64,000 bases of DNA from NCBI RefSeq assembly GCF_006345805.1, contig NC_043010.1:58404001-58468000 (forward strand). The letters are read 5' to 3'. The notes below the pieces were generated by a model. That model saw only the letters and a list, made by a program, of their open reading frames with translations. It had not been told where the DNA came from and did not search any database. Within the stretch, counting starts at the first letter, position 1; each line of letters starts with the position of its first letter. Shown piece after piece: positions 1-10,734 of this stretch. Source of the stretch: Octopus sinensis. Lineage: Eukaryota. A program made the position numbers and the translations under genes.

Positions 1-170
1 GGATTAAATCAATTATATCGACCCCAGTGAGTAACTGGTACTTATTTAATTGACCCTGAAAGGATGAAAGACAAAGTCGACCTCAGTGAAATCTGAACTC
101 AGAATGTAGCAGTAGAAGAAATACTGCTAAGCATTTCGCCCGGCATGCTAACGATTCTGCCAGCTCGCCT
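1..170 (-). mobile_element. SINE family 2 (runs off the window edge)
   Basis: Reverse complement of 19556-19700. Confidence 0.8.
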
Positions 171-930
171 GCTTCTTTCAGTTTCTGTTTATCAAATCCA
201 CTCATAAGGTTTTAGTCAGCCTGAGGCTATAGTAGAAGACACTTGCCCAAGGTGTCACGCAGTGGGACTGAACCAGGAACTATGTGGTTGGGAAGCAAGC
301 TTCTTACCACATAGCCACGTTTGTGTCTATTCTTACTGCCCAGCTGGTTTTAGAAAACCTACAATGCTAGATGTTCTATATATATAACAGCCACGTATAT
401 TTTCATTACTGGTGGCTTCAGCCACCCTGAAATTGAAGGGGAAACTTTTCGTTGGTAATAACACTTTGGACCTGCTCTTTACCACCATTCCTAGAACTGT
501 TATCAGTGTTGTGACAAAGGAACCTCTAAGTGACTCAATCATGCTATGATCATTGCCATTCTGTCTCTTGTAGGCAGAAACAAGAAGCACTACCACCTTC
601 AAACCACCCGCTTTGACTAAAACTGTTACCGTAAGGAGTTACGACACCTAAACTGGTTTAAATTTTACAATCCAGGGGATATCAATACTGTTTTTCAAAA
701 TATCCTCAGTGCAATCTGGACTGCATGTGAAGCATTACTACTGTACAAACGCTCTAGAAATAAAAACAGTGTAATTTGGGAGACTGCAGCAGTTCGACTT
801 GCCAGGAAAGATCATTGTGATGCTGAACAGAAATACAATTGACAACCCCAATAATTAACTTTTCAGACTGACATTTATTTTATCAATTTCTTTTGCCAAA
901 CCACTACATTATAAGGGCTGAACACACCAA

Positions 931-1100
931 TATGGAGTGAATTTTAGGGCATATAAATCTAATATTTTTCTATTCTTCCTTAATACCGGTTACCATATGC
1001 TGCTCATATCTGCACTCAGTCTGCTTAGTAGGTTATTATGTCCTAGCATATGTGCTGCCTCTTTTAGTTTTCATATTTTCCAGTGATGTTCTCTGTCTAT
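931..1100 (-). mobile_element. Penelope-like element fragment (end of GIY-YIG endonuclease ORF)
   Basis: Encodes IDREHHWKI*KLKEAAHMLGHNNLLS… and is a direct repeat of ~2495-2657. Confidence 0.65.
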
Positions 1101-1628
1101 AAGGTGCCACGCATTGGAATTGAACCTTGAACCATGAGCTTGGGAACGAAATTTCAAACTCTATGTGTGTGTGTGTGCCTGTCTTTGTATCTGTATTTGT
1201 CCCCCAACGCTGCTTGACAATTAGTATTGGTGTGTTCAGCCCTTATAATGTAGTGGTTTGTCAAAAGAAATTGATAAAATAAATGTCAGGCTGAAAAGTT
1301 AATTATTGCGGTTGTCAATTCATTTGACTAAAAATTCTTCAATGTGGTGCCCCAGCATGGTCGCAGTCTAAGGAATGAAACAAGTAGAAGATATTTGTAT
1401 ATATATAGATATAGCAAAATGTATAAATATATGTATGCATATTCAGATATGCACATTCATTCGCATTCATACACACACGCACACCACACACACACACACA
1501 CACACACACACCGAGGCTTGCTTCAGCTGTCACTAAGCTGTCTTTGAACAAGGTGCATAACTCTGTATAATCATGATTTATTAACTGAATAACCAGATCA
1601 TACACACGTATGTATGTAAAGGTACCTG

Positions 1629-1659
<31 letters not shown>

Positions 1660-1661
1660 AA

Positions 1662-1729
<68 letters not shown>

Positions 1730-1734
1730 CACAT

Positions 1735-2115
1735 GAGTGGCTGTGTGGTAAGTAACTTGCTAACCAACCACATGGTTCCGGGTTCAGTCCCACTGCGTGG
1801 CATCTTGGGCAAGTGTCTTCTGCTATAGCCCCGGGCCGACCAATGCCTTGTGAGTGGATTTGGTAGACGGAAACTGAAAGAAGCCTGTCGTATATATGTA
1901 TATATATATATATATGTGTGTGTGTTTGTCCCCCTAGCATTGCTTGACAACCGATGCTGGTGTGTTTACGTCCCCGTAACTTAGCGGTTCGGCAAAAGAG
2001 ACCGATAGAATAAGTACTGGGCTTACAAAGAATAAGTCCCGGGGTTGATTTGCTCCACTAAAGGCGGTGCTCCAGCATGGCCGCAGTCAAATGACTGAAA
2101 CAAGTAAAAGAATAA
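1735..2115 (+). mobile_element. tRNA-derived SINE family 1 (CORE-like ccttgggcaag segment, central microsatellite), full length
   Basis: A box tggctgtgtggt, B box ggttcagtccc, tail …aaatgactgaaacaagtaaaaga. Confidence 0.85.
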
Positions 2116-2249
2116 AATGAATAAATACATACATAAACACACATTCTTTTATTCCTTTACTTGTTTCAGTCATTTGACTGTGGCCATGCTGGAGCACAAC
2201 CTTTAGTTGAGCAAATCGACCCCAGGACTTATTCTTTGTAAGCCTAGGA

Positions 2250-2657
2250 CATTATTTACATTTGATGGATATTTGCCCTCATCTTGTTTGTTGCTAACAC
2301 AGTGTTTCGGCTGATTTACCCTCCAGCCTTCTTCAGGTGTTTGGGGGAAATTTCGAACCTGGGCTCTCATTCCTAAGGTATTTTTGATGTTGTTATTATT
2401 ATTATTTTTCAGGTCACTGCTTGGAATCGAAGTCAGAATCTTGGGGTTAGTAGCCTGTGCTCTTAACTACCGTGCTATATGCCCGTGGGCAACTATGGAG
2501 TGAGTTCTAGGGCATATAAATCTAATATTTTTCTATTCTTCCTTAATACCCATTACCATATGCTGCTCATATCTGCACTCGGTCTGCTTAGGAGATTGTT
2601 ATGTCCTAGCATATGTGCTGCTTCTTTTAGTTTCGTACAGTGGTGTTTCTCTGTCTA
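2250..2657 (-). mobile_element. Penelope-like 3' end: ORF end, tRNA-like segment, (AAT)n linker, hammerhead-bearing terminal repeat
   Basis: GIY-YIG C-terminus at 2657-2495. Degenerate A/B-box tRNA-like head at 2491-2410 (tagcacggtag; cttcgattcc). Hammerhead motif at 2340-2297. Confidence 0.7.
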
Positions 2658-2781
2658 TTATTTAGCTGATCATGTATGGAAAAATGGAGACCACCTCCTC
2701 CTGTGGGATGAAATTAAAATAATAGACAGAGAACATCACTGGAAAATATGAAAACTAAAAGAGGCAGCACATATGCTAGGA
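2658..2781 (+). mobile_element. Penelope-like GIY-YIG C-terminal fragment, inverted relative to its neighbour
   Basis: LADHVWKNGDHLLLWDEIKIIDREHHWKI*KLKEAAHMLG resembles the H…WD.V.I.D.E..W..RK.KEA C-terminus of PLE endonucleases. Confidence 0.7.
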
Positions 2782-2883
2782 AATTTCAGGAAAAGTCATT
2801 GATATGGAGTCAAACCAGTGTATACTTGGATGAAATACATCCCTGAGAAAGAGTAACCTCTTTCCACCCCAAAATAATATATA

Positions 2884-2884
<1 letters not shown>

Positions 2885-2925
<41 letters not shown>

Positions 2926-4085
2926 TGTGTACAGTGCTCAGGTGCACTACAACTCATCTAAAGTGTATATATAATCAGGTGTAGTTTCGGCGGATTTCGG
3001 AAAGCATGAGGGCCTTAAAGGATGCAGTGTCATGGCAGTCAACAACTGACGCAGGCAGTTTATTCCATGCTTCAGCAACTCTAAGCGTGTAAAAATGTTT
3101 CTGAAAGTCATGGGAGCTGTGTTGTTTTCTGACTTTGTAGGCATGTCCACGTGTGTTAGACACATGGAGATCAAAAAGGTGTTCAGTGTTGTTGTTGGTG
3201 AGGTGGTTGACAACTTTGTGGGCGTTTACCAAGTCCGTCGCCAGACGCCGGAGCTTCAGTGAATCCATGCCCAGGGAAACAAGGCGCTCAGAATATGGTA
3301 GGTGTCTGATGGAAGGTATGCGTTTGGTTGCACGTCTCTGGACAGATTCCAGGAGGTCAATGTTCTGAGCAAGATAGGGGTTCCAAACTGATGATGCGAA
3401 TTCCAAGTGTGGTACCATAGCTGTATACAGTTTTAAATAGATGGCTGGAGAGCGGCTAACAAAAGTCTTGCTGAGTGATGCCAAGACACCCTCGGCCTTC
3501 TTGACAATTTTAGAGATATGCTTTGTCCAACGCAAATCACTGCTGACAGTGATGCCTAGGTCACACTCGCAAGAGGATTTCTTGATATCAGTGTTGTGGA
3601 GGGAGTATGTGGACGCAGGGTTTTTTCTCCCAAAATGCATGGTGGTACACTTGTCTACAGCCAGTTTCAGTTGCCAGTCTGTGATCCATTGCTGCATTGT
3701 GTCTAGGTCTGATTGCAGGAAAGAGTTGTAGGCATCAGGATCTGTCCTCTTGATTTCAAGGTACAGCTTGATGTCGTCTGCATATTTCAATACTGTGGCA
3801 TTCTTTAAATTGGCATCTATGTCATTAATGTATGCCACAAACAGGAGGGGACCAAGGACAGATCCCTGTGGTACACCCGATGACATCTCATAGAACTGTG
3901 ACTACCTCCTTTCGGCTGAGGATGAAGGATTTCAACCAGTTAAAAAGGTCATCCCTCACACCCATTGCAGAGAGTTTCACCATAAGCCTTTTGTGTGGCA
4001 CAGAGTTGAAAGCCTTAGCAAAGTCAAGGTAGACAACATCCACCCATGAGCCACTGTCAGTGATCTGAGTAATGTCCTCAAGGAC
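2885..4085 (-). mobile_element. 5'-truncated CR1/L2-clade LINE (family A), RT C-terminal half with 3' UTR and (ATT)n tail
   Basis: [36 protein letters not shown]. Stop at 2975, then a short 3' UTR with stem-loop TAGTGC-ACCTGA-GCACTG and an (ATT)n tail at ~2885-2925. Confidence 0.9.
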
Positions 4086-4263
4086 ATTACTGCATACCTC
4101 TTCTGCCTTCTCTTTAAGGGGTAGGGTCTTAGCTGTTTCAGCCTTTCCCAGTAGCTGAGCTGTTGCAAAGAGACGATCTTCTTTGTGAATCTTATTTGGA
4201 TTGCTTCAAGGTCCGCTGTTAATCTCACACTGGTGGGTGACCATAGCTGTGAGCAGTAATCCA

Positions 4264-4264
<1 letters not shown>
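4086..4264 (-). mobile_element. Continuation of LINE family B, in inverted orientation
   Basis: The minus strand encodes [11 protein letters not shown]…[12 protein letters not shown]…SYWERLKQL…RRQKRYAV, which is what should follow SHL at 6113. Confidence 0.8.
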
Positions 4265-4348
<84 letters not shown>

Positions 4349-4363
4349 GTGTGTGTGTGTGTT

Positions 4364-4409
<46 letters not shown>

Positions 4410-4414
4410 CATAC

Positions 4415-6113
4415 AGACATACAGCCTAAAGGAAGGACCCAAAATCTCTCCAATCTGAACTTCCACAAAGCAGACTGAAAATCGATCCAAAACAAGATCC
4501 TCAAAGAGGACTGGCTGAAATGTTTCTCCACAGCAGACATTGACATGGAACTAGAATGTTTCATGTCTGTTGTGCAAGCCATATGCTAAAAATATGTCCC
4601 AGAACATAAGGCCAAAACAAATAGGAACAACATTCCAAGGGAGAGGAAGATCCTCATGCGACAACAGACGAAGGTTGCAAATCGACTCAACCAGCATCCC
4701 AAAAGTAGCGAAACGTCCCACCTAAAAACAACACTGATGGAGATCGAAAAAAGGCTGCAACAATCCTATGTGAGGGAGAAAGCAGACAAAGAAGCCTGGG
4801 TTATAAAAAACATTAAGTCAAACCCAAAGGCCTTCTTTCATTACACAAAAGAAACAGCCTCAGTACACTGCAAGATAGGACCCCTCTTCCAAAAGGATGG
4901 CTTCCTCTCAGAGAGTCCAACTATGATCAGTGAGATACTGAATGACCAGTTCTAAAGTGTCTTTACCACCCCGTTGGAACACAGACAAGTGAACAAACCA
5001 GTGGACTTCTTTGCTGCCTCACCTATAACCAGCGAGGCAGTTACGATGGAATACATCGACATTAGCGAAGAAGATATACTACTAGCCATAGATGAAGTGG
5101 ACACAAACTCAACTGCTGGTCCAGATGGTTTCCCATGTAAGTGTGCCCTGGCCAAACCCCTCCAGATTCTCTTCCAGAGCTTTCTTGCAAATGGCAAACT
5201 GCCAAGCAAGCTGAAGGAGGGAATAATATGCCCAATTCATAAAGGGGGAAGTAGAGCAGATGCCAAAAACTATAGGCCTATCTCTCTGACTTCACACATC
5301 AGCAAAGTCATGGAACGGATAGTCAGAAAGAAACTAATCACATTCCTTGAGGAAAATAATTTGCTGAGTGATACCCAGCATGGTTTTCGACCAGGTAGGA
5401 GCTGCCTGACCCAGCTCTTACAACGTTATGACTGGGTGTTGAGGCAGTTACTCAACAAATCAAATGTGGACGTAATATACCTTGATTTTGCAAAAGCTTT
5501 TGACAAGGTGGATCATGGTATGATATGCCACAAACTGCATGACCTCAGCATAGCTGGAAAACTTGCAGTGTGGTTAAATGACTTTCTGAAAGATAGAAGT
5601 CAGGCAGTAGTGGCTAATGGAGCCACTTCTATGAACACACAAATAGTGAGCGGTGTTCCACAAGGCACTGTCTTGGGACCACTGCTTTTTATAGTGGCCC
5701 TCTCAGATATGCCCTCAAAAAAACGGATAGCCACCCTTGCAAGCTACGCAGATGATACAAAAGTCTCGCAGAAAATACAGAACCCCAGCGATGTTGCACA
5801 TCTGCTGCAGGAGTTGGATTCAATTTACAGATGGGCTGAGGATAATAACATGTAGTTTAATGCTGAAAAATTCCAGGCCCTGTGCTACCAGCATCCAAAA
5901 CTGAATATTAAACTTACAGGGTACACCGGTCCACAGGGAATTTCAATCCCAGAGCCTAAATCAGTGAGGTGCCTGGGTATCGACATGAGTGAGGATACCT
6001 CTTTCCAAGTGCACATTACCAGGATGGCGACAAAGAGCAGACAACTGGCTGGATGGATCCTAAGAACGTTCAGAACCACAGATAAGGAAACCATGATGGT
6101 CCTCAGCCACTTG
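4415..6113 (+). mobile_element. CR1-clade LINE (family B), RT region, with in-frame stops
   Basis: [50 protein letters not shown]. Stops at 4953 and 5853. It ends at …MMVLSHL. Confidence 0.9.
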
Positions 6114-6476
6114 AACTAATTACTAACACCACAAAGTTGTAATCCAAAGTCACAAACACAATTAACAAAACAATTAATGACTATCAACACTACATGGGTA
6201 ACTCCCTCCCCCCTCCTAGTAACACTGATATATCGCACTGAGGCACATGTTGTGGTCAAACTTCAGTATTTGACCAGTCCTAAAGCCATGGTTAATGCAT
6301 TCTTTGCTATGGAATGTGCGGCAGTGAGGAGGTGTTGTGATTGGAGGCATCACTGTACTGTTTGTATATCAGGAAGAACTATGAAGCAATGCCATAAAAC
6401 TAATTTATTTAAATGGTGGATAAAACTTCAACCGCCACCAACTCCTGAGAGTAATTGTGGTTGAACTGCTAAATAT

Positions 6477-6690
6477 TTTTTCCTGCTCTAGGCACAAGGC
6501 CGAAATTTTGGAGGAGGGGGTCAGTTGATTAGATCGATCCCAGTACACAACTGGTACTTAATTTATCGACCTCAAAAGGATGAAAGGCAAAGTTGACCTT
6601 GGTGGAATTTGAACTTAGAACATAAAGACAGACGAAATACCGCTAAGCATTTTACCTGGCATGCTAACGTTTCTGCCAGCTTGCCGCCTT
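6477..6690 (-). mobile_element. SINE family 2
   Basis: Same consensus. Confidence 0.8.
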
Positions 6691-7637
6691 TTAACTGATA
6701 AATACTGAGTGGTAAAGTGTTTGATAAATGAGTCTGTTGTGAGGAGAAAACAGCTGATATCTAGAAGATTATCCTTTGTCATCATTATTTTTAGCCCTTT
6801 GCCATTTAAGCACTTTTCTAAATTTAGGGAGTTTGCCAAATGAAGGTTGTTAGAAGAGATTCCACAGTGAAAACATTACAGAGAGTCTTTAAGAAGAGGA
6901 TAACTCACAGAACTGTGAGAAATGTTTGTAAATAAAGGAGTCATGGCTAGAAAGATGCATTAAGGATAAGGTATCAATGACAGGGGGTCATCTTTATGGG
7001 ACCCAGTTAAAAATCCTGTTGTTTCAGCTGAATCCCTAGCAACTCCACACAGCAAAACCAGGGACAGCAGCAGCAGCCTCCCTTAACTTCTTGGTTATTC
7101 TGTGTGATGAGAAGTGGTGTTTTAGCCAGAATTTTCCTTCTCTTTGACTAAAATATGTTTGAAGAATTGCAAGATTCTTTGTTAGAGGTGGAGAGCTATT
7201 GTATTAACAATAAATGGATCTTTGGTGTTTAGTGCTGAACCTCTAAGACTCCAATAGTATCAAGCTTATAGAACCCATGTACAAACAAATGGAACATTTA
7301 ATCGCAAGAAATATCAGATGGGATTGTCATGGTTTTCAACTTTGCCCCAGCCAAATTGACTGGCATCAAGTGTAACCAGAATAATGAAGATGGTAATCTA
7401 CTAGACTATGTGGAATATTTTCAGAACCACAACTGATCAACAGCAACAACAACAGTGATGGACTTTTCTGATTTGCTTTAAATCCAAGCATGAAGACAGA
7501 CGAAATGCTGCCAACCATTTGCCCAGGTATGTTAATGATTCTGCCAGCTCCTCACCTTCAGTTATTGTGATGTTGAAAGTAAAATTCTGTTAGAAAATTT
7601 AGAAATAAAAGTTTCAAAGCAGCACTGTGCCTGTTTC

Positions 7638-7646
7638 ACTTACCTG
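7638..7646 (-). promoter_or_regulatory. Splice donor ending the protocadherin exon (phase 0)
   Basis: The minus strand reads CAG|GTAAGT, a perfect consensus. The exon ends at 7644 on a codon boundary (…PPSTVQ). Confidence 0.85.
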
Positions 7647-10087
7647 AACAGTTGATGGTGGTCTCTTCTCTATAGACACAGTAGCAGCCCACTCACTTTG
7701 AGATTCATACTGTGGGTAAAAGTCTCTCTTACATTCCACAAACTGAGTATTTCTTTTATTCATCTCCGAAGAATACCTGACTGGATTACCAGGTGTGGTG
7801 CTGGTGTTCTGACAAGTTAATGTTTGGTCTCTTCTGTTACACACAACTGTTTGGTCAACAGCCCTACTGGTCCTTGATCTAGACTGACCACAGTTACATT
7901 TCACAATACACAATGTGATGGACACTACAATCACCACAGATACTATTACAGCTGCTACTACAATGATAATTAATAACGTTAAGTCTATTGCTGCATCGGG
8001 CTGTAACTGAGTAGCTGTCATTATGGACGATGTCCTGTTACTGACTGTCACACTCAAAGACACAGTAGTTGTGGCTGACAACACTGGACTACCAGAATCC
8101 TTGACCACAAGCACCAGTTGGTATGAGCCAGCATCGTTGAGATGAGGTGGACGTGAGAAAGACAATTGACCAGTGAAAGAGTTCAGTGTAAACAGCTGTT
8201 TATTGTTACCGTTAAGTATTCCGTATTTGAGGAAGGCATTTAAATGACTGTCTCTATCAGACGCTCTAATCACAGTGATTTCACTGGTACTTTGGGGATG
8301 ATAGTGGACATCAAGAGTGAAAGGGTCAACACTAGGAAATGTAAAATAAGGGGCATTATCGTTCTCATCTAAAACCTCTACAACCACATTGGCAGTGTTG
8401 TTCAGTGATGGCGTTCCCTTGTCTTTGACAAAAACCTTGAACTTATAGACATCCTGTTGTTCCCTGTCCAAAACTATGGACGTTGAAATGAAACCATAAT
8501 CCGTAACGTGAAACGGTATACCGTTTATATTATTGCTAATTAATCTATAAGACAACTGACCGCCAGCTTCTAAATCTTGATCAGTGGCATTGATGAAACC
8601 AATCGGAAAGTTGGTATACCATTCTCATAGGTGAGGAATTTAAATGTATCTTTGGTAAATTGTGGTTTACCATCGTTGATGTCTGTTACTTGGATGAAGA
8701 TTTTCCTCTCTGTCTTCAAAGAAGGAGTTCCTTTGTCTTCACAAGAAATACTAATGTCATAATGATCTCGTGTCTCTCTGTCCACCGGTTTCTTTAAAGT
8801 TATTTTGAATTCATTTGATCCTAAATCTAAAAGTAAGAATTTATCATGCTCTAGCTTACATTCCACCTCACCATTCTGTCCAGTATCGTTATCAATAATA
8901 CTGACATAAGCTATAAAACTACCAACTTTGGTTCCTTCAGAAATGGCTGCCGTGTTCTCTTTTATCTGAGTAACAAAGTTGATATCAATTTCAGGAGGAT
9001 TGTTTCTTTCATTAATTACATTCACTAAAACAATGGCTGTAGAACTTCTTGGAGGATTCCCACCATCTTTAGCCATGATAAATAGTTCATAATTTTGTTT
9101 TTTAGCTCTTCTGAAAGCTTCTTGTAGAAAAATCTCTCCTGTCATGTGATTGAGTCTGAAATAAGTTTTCACTTTCTCTGGTGTTTCCGAACTGAAGAAA
9201 TAACTAACATGACCATTTTCTCCCGAATCTAAATCTTTCGCAGACACCATTGCAATTGGCCTGTTTCTTTGATGCGTGTTCCTTACTGAGATGTTATAAA
9301 TATCTTTATTAAATACTGGTGAATTATCATTTAAGTCTATGACAGATATGTGCACATCTAAAACACCTTGTTTCGATGGATAGCCTCCGTCTTTGGCAAT
9401 AACTTGCAGATTATAAGAATCTTTTACCTCTCTGTCTAATTTCCTTGCCAAAATGACTCCCAGTTCAGAACTACCAGTAATGGTTTTCCTTGCAGACAAT
9501 GTAAATGGTAAGTCTGGATTATTTCTTAACTGATATGATATCTTTGAATTCACAACTCCAACATCTCTATCAATGGCATTTGGCACAGCTAGCATCACTC
9601 CTTTACCATCTCTCTCTGTGAAATGAAGATCAAGTTCTCTTGTAGGAAACATTGGTTGATGGTCATTAACGTCATCAATAATAATCTTGACTTTTAAAAT
9701 GTTCATGTACTGGGTGCTGGATCTCTCAGACAACTGCGCTGCCACTTTGATAATTCTGCTGCACTCCTTCTTCACCGTGCACAATTCCTCAGCATCCAGC
9801 CTGTGTGCAGTGTACAGCTTGCCTTGTTTTGTTACATTAAACAGTTCCATTTCGCCACCAGCACCTTTTTGTAATTGATTAAACGATATCAAACTGGAAT
9901 GTTTTAATGAAGAGTCACTCATTAATAGGAAATCTGCAGCAATATCACCGACATAGGTTCCTTCTCTCTGTTCCTCCTCCACGTGGTAGCTGATGTCTAC
10001 ACACAGGGAACCGTTGAGATAAATTAAGACTGTGACCAGTTGCAGTAAGATGCGGAATGCGGGTGTTTCTGTCATCTTTATCTTCAT
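7644..10087 (-). CDS. Pcdh: Protocadherin large exon (signal peptide, 6 EC repeats, TM, proximal cytoplasmic region) with a 1-bp frameshift at 8611-8612; the symbol is family-level only
   Basis: ORFs 8570-10090 and 7614-8555 join into one ~815-codon frame if a single T is restored at 8611-8612 (YENGIP-N-FPIGFINATDQDLEAGGQLSYRL). Cadherin linkers: DDVNDHQP, DLNDNSP, NERNNPP, DINDGKP, DENDNAP. LDRE/VDRE and DxD motifs are present, with C-X5-C (CTVKKEC) in EC1. TM is LLIIIVVAAVIVSVVIVVSITLCIV (~7902-7976). The start is ATG 10087 or ATG 10075. Confidence 0.93.
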
Positions 10088-10174
10088 CAAAACTAGTCAT
10101 TGTCATCACTGTCACCATCAACAACAGAAGCATCTTCTGCATCAGCAATGGTCTGATGGATGAATCAACCAAAT

Positions 10175-10195
10175 CTGGAAGTAAAAACAAAATTT
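10175..10195 (-). promoter_or_regulatory. Splice acceptor opening the protocadherin exon
   Basis: The minus strand reads ttttgtttttacttcCAG|atttgg, a polypyrimidine tract plus CAG, ~90 nt upstream of the first in-frame ATG. This implies an upstream non-coding exon. Confidence 0.7.
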
Positions 10196-10694
10196 AAAGA
10201 TGTCTGTTAGAAAGTGTAATTGTAAATCAAGTGGGATTACATATATGGTGTCAAAGGTTAGAGGTCAATGGTTGAATTGGAGTCAGGGGAGGGACTTTGC
10301 ACAACAAATATATAACAAACAGAAGGATTAATTGAGATCATGATGCCAAAGGTTCAATACTGTCAGCAGGAAATGTCAGTGGGGTTATATTGTGGGGTTG
10401 TTGATCTATTTTATACAACTAATGAACTCTGGTGCCATTGGTGGAAGGTTTTTAACTGACTAATCATTGGTTTGTTTCATACCTAAAGAAGGCTACAATT
10501 GTAAAGAGGCTGGTTCTGACCTGGTATAGATGTTGTAAGGGTCTCTAGAGTTTTGGGGTTTTCTTGCCAATGTTTGCATACTTCACAGGACTGATCATGA
10601 CAGCGCAGCCTAGAGTAGGGCTCTGCATAAACAGTTGACATTTGATGAATTAAAGATACATACATACAGGCATATATATATATATATATATGCT

Positions 10695-10730
<36 letters not shown>

Positions 10731-10734
10731 CATA

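Noticed and set aside
333-660. Minus-strand ORF as a possible downstream Pcdh exon
   Set aside because: There is no convincing acceptor or Pcdh cytoplasmic motif. An alternate frame has CLQETEW, more like a decayed LINE endonuclease.
2410-2491. Functional tRNA gene (also the SINE heads elsewhere)
   Set aside because: The boxes are degenerate, the acceptor stem is poor and there is no poly-T terminator. These are tRNA-derived repeat heads.
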